From: Bacillota bacterium | GTDB taxonomy: Bacteria; Bacillota; DTU025 | DNA length: 64,000 nucleotides | Direction of reading: 5' to 3' | NCBI GenBank assembly: GCA_050951805.1 | Contig: JBMNJT010000007.1 | Location: 1 to 64,000 of the forward strand | Part shown: in pieces, positions 49,533 through 60,357 of the stretch | Layout of the letters: each line of letters opens with the position of its first letter | Numbering within the stretch: the stretch's first letter is position 1 | Program-made: the position numbers and the translations under genes | Notes under the pieces: generated by a model | Told to the model about the DNA's origin: nothing | Databases searched by the model: none | Seen by the model: the letters and a program-made list of their open reading frames with translations, nothing else

Positions 49533-50885
49533 CTACTTCTCCTCCTTGGATAATCGAGCCGCCCTTCGCTTTGCGACCCATCCGTCCTTGTTCTCCTGCC
49601 TCGCTCGCGCTATGGCCAGAGCCCCCGCTGGAACATGCGAAGTAACTGTGGACCCAGTCGCAATGTATGCGTCCGAGCCAACCTTTACCGGAGCAACCAG
49701 ATTAGAGTTCGCCCCCACAAAAGCGCCGTCCTCTATGATCGTAGTGTGTTTGGTTTCTCCGTCGTAGTTGCATGTAATTGTCCCAGCCCCTATGTTTACG
49801 TGGGAGCCCATGACCGTGTCTCCTATATAACTAAGGTGAGGGATCTTGCTTCCCTCGCCTACTGTGCTCTTCTTCACCTCAACAAAGTCGCCCACCTTGA
49901 CGCGGTCGGCAAGTGATGTGCCCGGGCGCAGATAGGAAAATGGGCCAATATTGCACCCGCTGCCCACTTCTGAATCGCGAATGTAAACATACGGGCCGAT
50001 ATTGCACGATCCCCCAATCTTGCTGTTCCCGGCTATGATTGTAAATGGCATAATGACCGTGTCGGACCCTATCTCCACACTTGCATCGATGAACGTGGTT
50101 GCCGGATCGATCAGAGTAACCCCTGATTCCATCACCTCGCGTCGCTTGCGATCGCCCATGATCTGCTCGGCTTTGGAAAGCTCGACGCGGGAATTGATTC
50201 CCAGTCCCTCTGATGCATCCTTAAGGGCAACCGCTCTCACGGACAGCCCTTGGGAGATCATAATCGCAATTACGTCTGTCAAGTAATACTCGCCCTGTTT
50301 GTTATCTGTTGATATACGCGGAAGCGCGTTGAAAAGTGTCCTACTGTCAAAACAAAAAACGCCGGTATTGACCTCGCGAATAGCGCGTATCTCCTCCGTC
50401 GCATCGCAGTGCTCTACTATGGCGGCGACGTTCCCCTTCGAGTCCCTGACCACCCTCCCGTAATCTGTAGGGTCATCAACGCACATCGAAAGGATTGTGG
50501 CGTCGCTTGCGCTGCCAGACTGCTCTTCTACTAGTTGTTGGAGGCTTTCGGAAGTAAGCAGAGGCACATCTGCAGGTACGATGAGAATATTGCCATCATA
50601 ACCATCAAAAGCCGGGCCCGCCGCTAAGACAGCATGGCCCGTGCCCAATTGCTCGCGCTGCCAGACTATTTCTGCGCGCCCAGCAAGATGCTCTTCAATC
50701 AATTCGCCACCATGTCCAACAACAACTACTACACGCGATGCTCCGGAGCGAACCAACGAGCCCACGACGTGGTCAATCATGGGTATGCCGGCAACTGGAT
50801 GAAGTGGTTTGGGAAGCGCTGACTTCATCCGCTTGCCATGCCCTGCCGCTAGTACAAGGCCCACGAAAGATGCCATATTATTCAC
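49533..50885 (-). CDS. glmU: bifunctional UDP-GlcNAc pyrophosphorylase / glucosamine-1-phosphate acetyltransferase
   Basis: [24 protein letters not shown], hexapeptide repeats, NYDG. Confidence 0.97.
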   Translation of the reverse strand: MNNMASFVGLVLAAGHGKRMKSALPKPLHPVAGIPMIDHVVGSLVRSGASRVVVVVGHGGELIEEHLAGRAEIVWQREQLGTGHAVLAAGPAFDGYDGNILIVPADVPLLTSESLQQLVEEQSGSASDATILSMCVDDPTDYGRVVRDSKGNVAAIVEHCDATEEIRAIREVNTGVFCFDSRTLFNALPRISTDNKQGEYYLTDVIAIMISQGLSVRAVALKDASEGLGINSRVELSKAEQIMGDRKRREVMESGVTLIDPATTFIDASVEIGSDTVIMPFTIIAGNSKIGGSCNIGPYVYIRDSEVGSGCNIGPFSYLRPGTSLADRVKVGDFVEVKKSTVGEGSKIPHLSYIGDTVMGSHVNIGAGTITCNYDGETKHTTIIEDGAFVGANSNLVAPVKVGSDAYIATGSTVTSHVPAGALAIARARQENKDGWVAKRRAARLSKEEK

Positions 50886-51065
50886 TCCGCCAAATTAATC
50901 CAATGTTGAAACTGGTCTTCAAGCACTTTGAGCATATACCAAGCATACTGCTTCGTCAACTTTTCACCATGCTGGCAAACAGAGTGCCGATCGACATCCG
51001 TTTACTAACATATCCCCGCCTAGCTCGGCAAAGAATGTACTCAGCATCGCAATGGAGGTGAAAAC

Positions 51066-51410
51066 ATGCCAAAGGCTCGCAGAAGCAATAGAACACTAGT
51101 CCCCCAAGCGCGGCAAGCATTAGATCAGATGAAATATGAGGTTGCCAACGAACTCAACATTCCAACGCATCTCATTGAAGGGGATTACTGGGGAAATCTC
51201 AGCGCCCGCGATTGTGGATCTGTCGGCGGAAACATGGTTCGGCGGATGATCGAGGCGGCACAAGCCTCACTTGCAGCAACAACCATGGCCGGAGTTAAGC
51301 AGGGCTTTCAGGAAGTCATCCCTGCACAGAACTTCACGGCACAGGAAGGCAACTTGTCAGGTCCGTCAACCTTTCCGACTTCAGGCAACTTACCCGGAAC
51401 CTCGTTCTAG
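51066..51410 (+). CDS. alpha/beta-type small acid-soluble spore protein with C-terminal extension
   Basis: LVPQARQALDQMKYEVANEL...WGNLSARDCGSVGGNMVRRMI; GGAGGTG RBS. Confidence 0.9.
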   Translation: MPKARRSNRTLVPQARQALDQMKYEVANELNIPTHLIEGDYWGNLSARDCGSVGGNMVRRMIEAAQASLAATTMAGVKQGFQEVIPAQNFTAQEGNLSGPSTFPTSGNLPGTSF

Positions 51411-51685
51411 CCGTCCCCGAGCCCCATCAGTCTGAAACCACATGCACCGCGATGGTGAATATTCTTCAAAGGCGACGGGCGACGTTCACTTGCGGGCGGG
51501 GCAATCCTCAGCCTCGCCCGCCCATAGTCTATATCCGGTGTACGGCCACTTTCTTGCGTGAGTCACCCTTTCAGTATACTATCCCCATCGCCGTGTAAGA
51601 ATATTCGAACTTATATCCTTTTCGCCGAGGGCGGAATCTTGATTCATGGGCTCTCCTGGAACGTGACAACCACCAAAAACAAAAA

Positions 51686-51703
51686 ACAGGGCAATCGCCC
51701 TGT
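51686..51703 (-). terminator. intrinsic terminator after tRNA-Gln
   Basis: ACAGGGC-N4-GCCCTGT followed by a T-run on the minus strand. Confidence 0.7.
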
Positions 51704-51744
51704 CAGAAAGTTATCCGTCGCATATACAGCTTGCCTATATATAA

Positions 51745-51818
51745 TGGCTGGGGCGCCAGGATTCGAACCTGGGCTGCAGGATCCAAAGTCCCGTGCCTTA
51801 CCTCTTGGCTACGCCCCA
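51745..51818 (-). tRNA. tRNA-Gln(TTG)
   Basis: TGGGGCGTAGCCAAGAGGTAAGGCACGGGACTTTGGATCCTGCAGCCCAGGTTCGAATCCTGGCGCCCCAGCCA. Confidence 0.96.
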
Positions 51819-52281
51819 TCCTAAAGCAGTACATATTTTAGCATAACAAAAGCCGGTGAGCAAATATTCGACGAGAGGGAGAGTTTCCATCCTTACACGC
51901 CTCGAACGCCTGACAAGAGAAATACGCCATCTCAACGAAAACACGATATAAAAGGTGGCTCATCTCAGGAGCCACCAAGGCACGGAATCTCAAGCATCCA
52001 GGCGTGGCGCATCGGGGAACCCAGAATTGGCCTTCGCAATACGCAAGGCATGCACACTCCGTCAGATGCTCTTTGACCGATCTGCAGTTGCTATATAACA
52101 CTGCGCCGCCTCAAAGCCCCCATCCCGGGCGGCCAGCGGCCACACCTAACGAGAACCCAGGCGAAACAGATGTTGAAACAATACCGTCAATAGAATTCTT
52201 CCAGCCATTCGGTCTCAATAGCAAACCCTGCAAAGCGCCTGAGGCAAAATACCAAAAACTCAGCCGCTTAGACAAGAGGCG

Positions 52282-52539
52282 CTAGTCGCCTTGTTCGTTA
52301 TAGACAGATATTATTGCGTCTTCGATCATGTCACGCGCTTCCTGCGTGACAGGGTGAGCAATGTCGCGGAACTGCCCATCAGGAGCCTTGCGGCTAGGCA
52401 TGGCAACAAATAACCCTTTCTGTCCCTCAATAACCCGGATGTCCCTAACCACGAATGCATCATCAAAAGTAATCGACGCAATAGCCCGCATTTTTCCTGC
52501 AGTGTTGACTTTGCGCACCCTCACGTCAGTGATGTTCAC
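52282..52539 (-). CDS. spoVG: septation regulator SpoVG
   Basis: ITDVRVRK...[28 protein letters not shown]...FRDIAHP; GTG start at 52539. Confidence 0.95.
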   Translation of the reverse strand: MNITDVRVRKVNTAGKMRAIASITFDDAFVVRDIRVIEGQKGLFVAMPSRKAPDGQFRDIAHPVTQEARDMIEDAIISVYNEQGD

Positions 52540-52591
52540 ACCGCGCCCACCTTTCATGGAAATGCAGTAATGGTTCCCCTTTTGTATCCTT

Positions 52592-52616
52592 GTTCTACGC
52601 ATTCCAGGAAAATCCT
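52592..52616 (-). promoter_or_regulatory. putative sigmaH promoter of spoVG
   Basis: AGGATTTT...GAAC with N17 spacing; spoVG is a classic sigmaH target. Confidence 0.6.
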
Positions 52617-52654
52617 CTAAAGAGGGCGCATTTTTCGTGTTTTTAATGCATTTG

Positions 52655-53035
52655 CTACAAAATGGCTATGGCGTCTATCTCCACCTTTGCGTCTTTGGGA
52701 AGCCTCGAGACCTCGATTGCGCATCGTGCAGGCTGTTCAGATCCGAAATAGGAGGCGTAAACCTCATTCATGGCAGCGAAATCATTCATATCTTCAAGAT
52801 AGACCGTCACCTTGACCACCTTATCCAGCCCAGTTCCTGCAGCCTCCAAGATCCCAACTATGTTGTCCAACGCCCTCTTAGTCTGCTCCTTTATCCCGCC
52901 ATCCACGAGCTTCTCGGTTGCCGGGTCGAGCGGAGTCTGGCCGGAAACAAAGAGAAACTGTCCAGCTACAATACCCTGGGAATAAGGGCCTATAGCTGCT
53001 GGCGCCCTGTCAGTATCCACAACCTTCTTCAACAT
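52655..53035 (-). CDS. ridA: RidA family enamine deaminase
   Basis: [27 protein letters not shown]...VEIDAIA. Confidence 0.93.
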   Translation of the reverse strand: MLKKVVDTDRAPAAIGPYSQGIVAGQFLFVSGQTPLDPATEKLVDGGIKEQTKRALDNIVGILEAAGTGLDKVVKVTVYLEDMNDFAAMNEVYASYFGSEQPARCAIEVSRLPKDAKVEIDAIAIL

Positions 53036-53097
53036 TTACACCTCCCGAAAAATCAACCAGCGCGCGACAGATTGCACAGTAGATTATGGAGACTCGC

Positions 53098-53874
53098 TCA
53101 GGCAAGCATCTGCAAGGCAAGTTCCAGATCGCTGGGCTTGTCAACATCTACGCCTATCTCCGCGTAGGGGACTATGACGCCTCGACCAACCAGTGCCAGC
53201 TTATCCCATGCCCTCTTTTCGACATCTGCGATTGAGAGTCGTCCAAACAAGTATTTGAGTATTATCGGCAGCCCCAGAAGCGAACCCAATGCGAGGGGGT
53301 TTTTTCTCATGTCAAGAGCCTTTTCGATAATGCCGCGGTTCTTTCGGACCACAGGCGCGTCCACCATGAACACGTTCCCGCCGGTCACCGTCGCGTCCGC
53401 CAGCTTTATGTAGGTTCTTTTTACGCCGGGAAACTTCTCCTCAATCACGTCGCGCGCCACCACCGCGTAGTGGACCTCGGCGGGATCGCGCTCACACATC
53501 TCCACGAATCCGTCAATAGACTCGCTGGTGATAAACGCAGCATCACCCGCAATCACCACGGCCTTTTTCTCATCAGAGATCTCGTCGAGCCCAGCCATGA
53601 GATTTGCGATCATGTTCCCCCGACGTTCAACCACCTGTACCCTGCCGCCGGCATTTTTCCTGTCAACAACAGGCTGCAAAGCATCTGACGGGCCAACTAC
53701 TAACACTCGGTCTACAGATTTTGCCCCCAGCACGCCATCGAGAACCCATTCCACCATGGGCTTGCCATTTATGTCCACTACGGCCTCGTATTTCGCGTCT
53801 GAAACCTCGGCCAGACGCCCGTCGTTATCCGCGCCGGCCAGAATTGCCACATCCACTCGCATTGCGCCTCTCAC
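53098..53874 (-). CDS. MobA-like nucleotidyltransferase family protein
   Basis: AILAG, INGKPMVEWV, C-terminal EIGVDVDKPSDL. Confidence 0.8.
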   Translation of the reverse strand: MRGAMRVDVAILAGADNDGRLAEVSDAKYEAVVDINGKPMVEWVLDGVLGAKSVDRVLVVGPSDALQPVVDRKNAGGRVQVVERRGNMIANLMAGLDEISDEKKAVVIAGDAAFITSESIDGFVEMCERDPAEVHYAVVARDVIEEKFPGVKRTYIKLADATVTGGNVFMVDAPVVRKNRGIIEKALDMRKNPLALGSLLGLPIILKYLFGRLSIADVEKRAWDKLALVGRGVIVPYAEIGVDVDKPSDLELALQMLA

Positions 53875-53928
53875 CTCATTCCCTATTTGGGATTGAATTG
53901 TGTGCCTCGCAAATCCTTCGATATATTC

Positions 53929-54918
53929 CTAAGACCCAGGAGGAATCCTAGGCCCGGCATGTGTAACGATGACATCGAGCGGGCCCCTTCCGGAAAGAGA
54001 GAACGCCCGTTTCCTGAGGCTCCGTGCGGCAGAATGTGCGGAATCATCCGACTCAAACAACCCGAATACAGTAGGTCCACTGCCGCTCATAACCGCAGCC
54101 ATAGCCCCCAACTCCAGCAGCGCCGCCTTAACTTGGAGCACCTCCGGGCATCTCTCGGCAGCAACCGGCTCCAGCTCATTCCCAATCAGATGCACCACCT
54201 GCGCCACAGGCGAACCAGATACCGCATCCCCTTTCAAAGCGCTCCCGCCTTGCGATCGCATCCAGTTCGCCAGAGCCCGAGCCCTCGCATTGCCGCGCCC
54301 ACCCATCGCCCGCGCTCGTCGACCATCCCACATCCCGTACATTTCGCCCGCCAGGAGAGAGACTGAGGGTTTCGCAAGGACCACGGCAACTCCTGGCAGC
54401 GGAGGCAAGGGCGTCAGATCATCCCCAATGCCACATGCCATAGCCGCCCAAGCCCGAGGCGGATCGCCATGGCACATAAGACAAAACGGCACATCCGCGC
54501 CGACCGAACGGGCAACATGGTACAGTTCATCCTCTGCGAGTGGCACATCCCACAGCCGATTCATGCTAGCCAAAACCGCGGCTGCGTCTGCGCTTCCTCC
54601 CCCGAGCCCGGCGGCAACAGGTATCTTCTTTCCGATCCCTATCGATACCGCGCCTCGTTTTCCGGCGGCTTCAAAAAAAGCCATAGCCGCGCGATACGCA
54701 ATATTCTCCGTACCAGCCGGCGCCACCTGCGGGAAGACATCAACTCTTATCTCATATTCCGACACTGCACCAGCTTCAAGCCGCTCAACCCTAATCTCGT
54801 CTGCAAGCTCTACACGGTGCATCACCGTTTCGATATCATGGTAACCGTCCGGTCTGAGCCCGACAACATCGAAAGCAAGATTGATTTTTGCCCAAGCTTT
54901 GCTTTCAACCACACGCAT
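53929..54918 (-). CDS. ispE: 4-diphosphocytidyl-2-C-methyl-D-erythritol kinase
   Basis: AKINL, DGYH, IPVAAGLGGGSADAA, GADVPF, MSGSGPTVF. Confidence 0.95.
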   Translation of the reverse strand: MRVVESKAWAKINLAFDVVGLRPDGYHDIETVMHRVELADEIRVERLEAGAVSEYEIRVDVFPQVAPAGTENIAYRAAMAFFEAAGKRGAVSIGIGKKIPVAAGLGGGSADAAAVLASMNRLWDVPLAEDELYHVARSVGADVPFCLMCHGDPPRAWAAMACGIGDDLTPLPPLPGVAVVLAKPSVSLLAGEMYGMWDGRRARAMGGRGNARARALANWMRSQGGSALKGDAVSGSPVAQVVHLIGNELEPVAAERCPEVLQVKAALLELGAMAAVMSGSGPTVFGLFESDDSAHSAARSLRKRAFSLSGRGPLDVIVTHAGPRIPPGS

Positions 54919-54950
54919 GAGACCACATCCATCAGGTAATGCACAAACTA

Positions 54951-56183
54951 CTATGCTCGAGTTCTACCGCCAAACAGTTCCGCAAAGAAGCGAACTACCG
55001 CCCTCCACGCCCTCACTACCGCATTGGCCCGTGGGACGTCAGACTCAGCCACAGCGAGCGTCGACCCTAATTCCTCTCCAGACGGCATTACCGCAACTGC
55101 GCGACCCAGAGGTTGTCCTTTCTTTATCGGAGCAGATAACTCCTGCCCAAGAGGTTCAAAATGAACCTCTGTCTCAGATGAAAATCCCCTTGGGCAAAGC
55201 AACACAAGGTCCTCTGCCGCCACTGCCGTAACATCCTGCCTTGCGGCAGAGAGAACACGAATCGTCCCTACAGGCGCGCCAGCATCTAAAAAGCGCGTTC
55301 GCTCAAACTTCTGGAAACCGTAATCCAAGAGCTTCGAGGTTTCTCCGACCCTCTTCTCATCGCTCGCAGCGCCAAGAACTACCGAAAGAAGTCTCGTCTC
55401 CCCGCGCACAGCGGTCCCCACCAGACACCAGCCGGCGTTGTCCGTCTGCCCGGTCTTCAGGCCATCCGCACCCTCGTATACCTTGATAAGCCTATTAGTA
55501 TTGAAGAGATCGTAGGTCCCCCCGCGCATCTTCCCTATCCAAGTACTGGTCAACTCCAGAATCTCGGGGTGCTTGAGAAGCTCGCGGGACATTATCGCAA
55601 TATCTCTGGCCGTAGTGTAGTGGCCAGGGTCGTCGAGGCCTTCCGGGTTGGCAAAATGGGTGTTTGACATGCCAAGTTCAGCGGCCCGGGCATTCATCAG
55701 TTCGACGAAAGCGTCTGCGCTCCCCGCAATGGCTTCAGCGAGCGCGTAACTTGCATCATTAGCCGACCTTATGGCTGTAGCCGCCAACAGCTCCCTGATA
55801 GGGACTTCTTCCTTCTCCTTCAAGTAAACCTGGGAGCCCCCCATGAGAGATGCCTCACGGCTCACGACAACAGTGTCATCCAGTGAAACCTTGCCTTCCT
55901 GGGCATGCTCCATGACGATCAACATCGTCATGACTTTCGTTATCGAAGCAGGCGCCAGCCTTTCATCAGGATTCATGGAGAACAGGACCTGGCCGGTCGC
56001 GACATCCTCAAGAATGGCGGCATTCGCCTCAATCATCGGCACAGGAGCTTCGCTGTAGAATTCGACTTTGGCTTGGGCAGGAACCCCCGTCTGTGCAGAA
56101 CAGGCGAAAGCTGCCATTGCAAGAATGATGACAGTCGACAGGGATATGGCGCGAGCATAGATAGAACTTATTCTCTTTGGCAA
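54951..56183 (-). CDS. D-alanyl-D-alanine carboxypeptidase (S11, DacF/DacA-like)
   Basis: SITK, SAN, KTG motifs plus PBP5_C domain; TTG 56183 after GAGGAGG. Confidence 0.92.
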   Translation of the reverse strand: MPKRISSIYARAISLSTVIILAMAAFACSAQTGVPAQAKVEFYSEAPVPMIEANAAILEDVATGQVLFSMNPDERLAPASITKVMTMLIVMEHAQEGKVSLDDTVVVSREASLMGGSQVYLKEKEEVPIRELLAATAIRSANDASYALAEAIAGSADAFVELMNARAAELGMSNTHFANPEGLDDPGHYTTARDIAIMSRELLKHPEILELTSTWIGKMRGGTYDLFNTNRLIKVYEGADGLKTGQTDNAGWCLVGTAVRGETRLLSVVLGAASDEKRVGETSKLLDYGFQKFERTRFLDAGAPVGTIRVLSAARQDVTAVAAEDLVLLCPRGFSSETEVHFEPLGQELSAPIKKGQPLGRAVAVMPSGEELGSTLAVAESDVPRANAVVRAWRAVVRFFAELFGGRTRA

Positions 56184-56384
56184 TTTAGAGCCTCCTCGAA
56201 GCAAACGATCTTCATATCTCATACTACAGATTCTGCCCGCAGGCGATGAGGTTATGAGAACGGGCGCATCGCTCAGCGGCGTTAAAGTTTGTGCCGCTGA
56301 GCCCATGCGCCCCAAAAACCTGTACTGCTCAGCACCCCGCGCACGAACAAGTGCGTCAAGGGTCTGCGTCCCTACGATGGGAGT

Positions 56385-57356
56385 CTACTTTACAAGATGG
56401 CAGGCGATATGATGCCCGCCGAAATCGCGCAGCTCGGGTTCTTCTTCCCCGCAGACTTTCATGGCATAGCTGCATCTCGATTTGAACCTGCATCCTGGAG
56501 GAGGATCGATCGGGCTCGGGACATCCCCTTCAAGAATGATCCTTTCGCGCTTAGCCTCCACATCCGGGTCGGGAATGGGAATCGCCGACATCAATGCCTT
56601 AGTATAAGGATGAAGCGGGTTTTTGTAAAGCTCGACACTGTCTGCAAGTTCCACAATCTTCCCGAGGTACATCACTGCCACACGGTGGCTCGTATGCTTA
56701 ACCATGGCCAGGTCGTGAGCGATGAAAAGATACGTCAGATCGCGTTCTTCCTGCAACTCCTCGAGCATGTTTATAACCTGCGCCTGAATGGACACGTCGA
56801 GCGCGGATATGGGCTCGTCGCATATGATAAAACTCGGCTCCACAGCGAGAGCCCGCGCAACCCCGATCCTCTGCCTCTGGCCCCCGCTGAACTCGTGCGG
56901 AAACCTAGTAGCATGCTCAGGGCTGAGGCCTACAGTGTGGAGGAGTTCGTGTATCATGTCGAGCCTTTCCGCCTTGCTGCTCGCAAGGTTATGTATGTCA
57001 ATGGGCTCCCCGATGATGTCACCCACAGTCATGCGCGGATTCAAAGAAGCGTAAGGATCCTGGAAGATCATCTGCATCTTTCGCCTTATAGGCAGGATTT
57101 CCTTGGGACCGAGCGAGAAGATGGGAATCCCGTCGAATATGACTTCGCCAGCAGTAGGCTCGTAAAGCCTGCATATAGTCCTGCCCGCAGTCGTCTTACC
57201 GCAACCGCTTTCGCCCACAAGCCCCAAAGTCTCGCCTCGGGGTATGCTAAAGCTGATATCATCTACAGCTTTCAGCGTCCCTTCCTTGCTCTTGAAGGTT
57301 CCTCCGCCAACACCGAAGTACTTCTTCAGGTTTTTCACCTCGACCAACGGCTCCAT
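56385..57356 (-). CDS. oppF: oligopeptide ABC transporter ATPase
   Basis: GESGCGKT, FQDPYASLNPR, FSGGQRQR, HPYT. Confidence 0.92.
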   Translation of the reverse strand: MEPLVEVKNLKKYFGVGGGTFKSKEGTLKAVDDISFSIPRGETLGLVGESGCGKTTAGRTICRLYEPTAGEVIFDGIPIFSLGPKEILPIRRKMQMIFQDPYASLNPRMTVGDIIGEPIDIHNLASSKAERLDMIHELLHTVGLSPEHATRFPHEFSGGQRQRIGVARALAVEPSFIICDEPISALDVSIQAQVINMLEELQEERDLTYLFIAHDLAMVKHTSHRVAVMYLGKIVELADSVELYKNPLHPYTKALMSAIPIPDPDVEAKRERIILEGDVPSPIDPPPGCRFKSRCSYAMKVCGEEEPELRDFGGHHIACHLVK

Positions 57357-58366
57357 CAGGCCACGCCCCCTCTCTCCACGCGATCATATGTCGGCGCCAA
57401 CGGGTACTGCAGCCAACATGCCACCTTATGATGATCCGAGAGCTTAGTATAATCAGGCGGCTCATTGGCGCAGATCGACATCGCGTAATCGCACCTAGGA
57501 GCGAACGGACACCCGGTCGGAGGACTTATCAAGTCCGGAGGCTGTCCCAGAATGGGCACAAGTTTTTTCTTCTCTTCCGCGTCCAGCCTCGGTACGGACT
57601 TCAGAAGGCCCCATGTGTAAGGATGCTGGGCATGGTAGTAGATGTCGCGTACTGTACCGGTCTCTATCACTTTTCCAGCGTACATCACCAACACGCGCTG
57701 GGCCAAACCCGCAACAACACCGAGATCGTGGGTGATCAGTATGATTGACATATTGAGCTTCTTCTTCAGCTCCGCCATGAGGCTTATAATCTGAGCCTGA
57801 ATCGTGACATCTAGAGCCGTTGTGGGTTCATCTGCAATAAGAAGCATCGGGTTGCAGGCCAGAGCCATCGCTATCATCACCCTCTGCCTCATGCCTCCGC
57901 TGAACTCGTGGGGATACGATCCCAAGCGGTGTTCGGGCGAAGGAATCCCTACCATGTGAAGGAGTTCCACGCATCTCTTGACCGCCTGCTCCCGGGTGGC
58001 ATTCTGGTGGAGCATGATGCTTTCCACTATCTGAGTCTGAATCGTCAAAACAGGGTTTAGAGACGTCATAGGATCCTGGAATATCATCCCGATCTCGTTT
58101 CCGCGCACATGTTGCATCTGATTCTCGCTGAGCTTCAACAAATCGCGTCCATTGAAGAAGATCTGCCCGTCTATGATCTTCCCAGGCGGCGCCACCAGTT
58201 GCATTATGGAAAGCGCCGTGACGCTCTTACCACACCCAGACTCGCCAACAATAGCTATTGCTTCACCGGTGTCCACGTGGAAGCTCACATCACGGACTGC
58301 CTTGACTTCGCCTGAATATGTGAAGAACGATGTGCTAACGTTTCTGACTTCCAAAAGTCTGTCCAA
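57356..58366 (-). CDS. oppD: oligopeptide ABC transporter ATPase
   Basis: GESGCGKS, FQDPMTSLNP, FSGGMRQR, DEPTTALDVTIQAQ. Confidence 0.93.
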   Translation of the reverse strand: MDRLLEVRNVSTSFFTYSGEVKAVRDVSFHVDTGEAIAIVGESGCGKSVTALSIMQLVAPPGKIIDGQIFFNGRDLLKLSENQMQHVRGNEIGMIFQDPMTSLNPVLTIQTQIVESIMLHQNATREQAVKRCVELLHMVGIPSPEHRLGSYPHEFSGGMRQRVMIAMALACNPMLLIADEPTTALDVTIQAQIISLMAELKKKLNMSIILITHDLGVVAGLAQRVLVMYAGKVIETGTVRDIYYHAQHPYTWGLLKSVPRLDAEEKKKLVPILGQPPDLISPPTGCPFAPRCDYAMSICANEPPDYTKLSDHHKVACWLQYPLAPTYDRVERGGVA

Positions 58367-58396
58367 GAGGTATCCCCCCTACTCTATGTCCACCGG

Positions 58397-59311
58397 TTAC
58401 TTGCGCTGCTTGGGATCGAGCGCATCTCGAAGACCGTCTCCGAGGAAGTTGAACGCGAACATAGTAATGCTTATAGCTATAGCTGGGAAGAAGAGCTGCC
58501 AGGGATATGACCTGAAGCTCTGTAGCGCGTCGGATGCCAACACGCCCCAGCTGGCCATTGGCGCATTCACGCCAAGTCCAATGAAGCTCAAGAAGGCTTC
58601 GGTGAATATAGCCGACGGTATATTGAGCGTGGCGGTGACTATGATCGGGCCCATCGCATTTGGAATCAAGTGTTTGGTGATTATCTGCCAATTGCTTGCC
58701 CCGATCGACCGCGCTGCGAGAACGTAGTCCTGCTCCTTCAGACTAAGAACCTGACCTCTCACGATCCTCGCCATACCGAGCCAGTATACAAGGCCCAGCG
58801 CTATCAGGATGTTCTGCAGACCAGGCTCGAGAATGACCATGAGCAATATGACGTAAAGCAGCATAGGAATGGCATTGAGCACCTCGACTATGCGCATCAT
58901 GATATTATCGATCTTCCCGCCGTAAAAACCCGAAATCCCGCCATAGATCACTCCTACAGTGAGGTTGAGCAGACTCGCCAAAAACCCGACCGTAAGCGAT
59001 ATCCTGGCTCCGTACATGATGCGCGTCAACAGGTCGCGCCCCAGATCATCAGTGCCCAGCCAATGCTTTGAACTGCAATACTGGTTCTGCTCCTCTAGAT
59101 TCTGGTCAGAGTAGCTGTACGGCGATATCATGGGGCCGAATATGGCAATCACGAGAATCGCCACGATGGTCCATAGCCCCACCATGGCCATACGGTTCTT
59201 CTTCAACCTGCGCCACGCATCTTGCCAGTAGGTAACTGACGGACGCACAATCGCTTCCGCGCTATCGATATCCTTGTTAATCGGTTTGAACATTTCAGCG
59301 CTATATTCCAC
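58397..59311 (-). CDS. oppC: oligopeptide ABC transporter permease
   Basis: WQDAWRRLKKN, HWLGTDDLGRD, FNFLGDGLRDALDP. Confidence 0.93.
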   Translation of the reverse strand: MEYSAEMFKPINKDIDSAEAIVRPSVTYWQDAWRRLKKNRMAMVGLWTIVAILVIAIFGPMISPYSYSDQNLEEQNQYCSSKHWLGTDDLGRDLLTRIMYGARISLTVGFLASLLNLTVGVIYGGISGFYGGKIDNIMMRIVEVLNAIPMLLYVILLMVILEPGLQNILIALGLVYWLGMARIVRGQVLSLKEQDYVLAARSIGASNWQIITKHLIPNAMGPIIVTATLNIPSAIFTEAFLSFIGLGVNAPMASWGVLASDALQSFRSYPWQLFFPAIAISITMFAFNFLGDGLRDALDPKQRK

Positions 59312-59317
59312 AGCTGC

Positions 59318-60250
59318 TCACTCCTTCGCGTCCGTCAGCTTGATCCTAGGATCGATCCAGCAGTAGGCAATGTCTACCAAGAAGTTCAGCATGACCAAAA
59401 GCGCGCTGTAGAATATCGTAACACCCATTATGGTAGTGTAATCCCTGTTGTAGATGCTCGTCACATAATAGCGTCCAAGCCCGGGTATGGCAAAGATATT
59501 CTCTACAACAAAGCTTCCAGTGATTATTCCCGCAATCAGAGGTCCCAAATAGGTAACCACCGGAAGTATAGCGTTCTTGATCACGTGCTTGTAGACGACA
59601 GCACCCCAGGAAAGTCCCTTGGATCTGGCTGTTCTGATGTAGTCTTGCGATAGCACATCCAGCGTACTAGATCGCATCAACCTTGCAAAGAAAGCCGTGG
59701 GGAACCCCGCCAGCGCCAGCATGGGAAGGATAACGTGTTTCGGAGTACCCCACATAGCAGCGGGCAGCCACTGAAGCTTTACAGCAAACACATACATGAG
59801 CAATGTTGCCATGACGAAGCTTGGAACAGACACTCCTATGATGGCAAACGCCATTATGAAGTTATCCTGCCACTGATTCTGTTTGAGGGCGGATATTATC
59901 CCGCACGGGACCCCCACCAAAAGGGCGAAAACGACGCTTACAAGTCCCAGATGGGCGCTGATAGGGAACCCCTCCCGAATGATGTCATTAACAGATCGGC
60001 CCAAATACTTGTAGGAAGGCCCCAGATCGCCCCGGAGCAAGTTGCCGATGTAGTCGACATACTGCTTCCATAGCGGGTCATTCAGTTTATACCGTTCCTC
60101 AATGTTCCTTTGAATCGCAGGAGGCAAGGCCTTCTCTCTCTTGAACGGGCCGCCCGGGATAGCGTGCATCAAGAAGAACGTCGCAGTCGCCACCACGAAT
60201 ATAACCAGTATTACAGAAATGAACCTTCGTAGGACATATGAGCCCACCAA
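59318..60250 (-). CDS. oppB: oligopeptide ABC transporter permease
   Basis: PGGPF, GDLGPS, DYIRTARSKGL, IDPRI. Confidence 0.93.
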   Translation of the reverse strand: MVGSYVLRRFISVILVIFVVATATFFLMHAIPGGPFKREKALPPAIQRNIEERYKLNDPLWKQYVDYIGNLLRGDLGPSYKYLGRSVNDIIREGFPISAHLGLVSVVFALLVGVPCGIISALKQNQWQDNFIMAFAIIGVSVPSFVMATLLMYVFAVKLQWLPAAMWGTPKHVILPMLALAGFPTAFFARLMRSSTLDVLSQDYIRTARSKGLSWGAVVYKHVIKNAILPVVTYLGPLIAGIITGSFVVENIFAIPGLGRYYVTSIYNRDYTTIMGVTIFYSALLVMLNFLVDIAYCWIDPRIKLTDAKE

Positions 60251-60275
60251 TATCAGCTCCCGTCAAATGCCAGAG

Positions 60276-60312
60276 CCGGGGGCATGCTCCGGTAACCCGT
60301 GCATGCCCCCGG
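60276..60312. terminator. intercistronic stem-loop between oppA and oppB
   Basis: CCGGGGGCATGC-N13-GCATGCCCCCGG perfect 12 bp stem. Confidence 0.6.
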
Positions 60313-60357
60313 GCACTGATGGTTCATATAGATACGTGCGCGCCTATAAGCGCCTTA

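Noticed and set aside
53969-57431. long plus-strand ORFs (291 aa, 344 aa)
   Set aside because: Antisense shadows of ispE and oppF, as expected in GC-rich DNA
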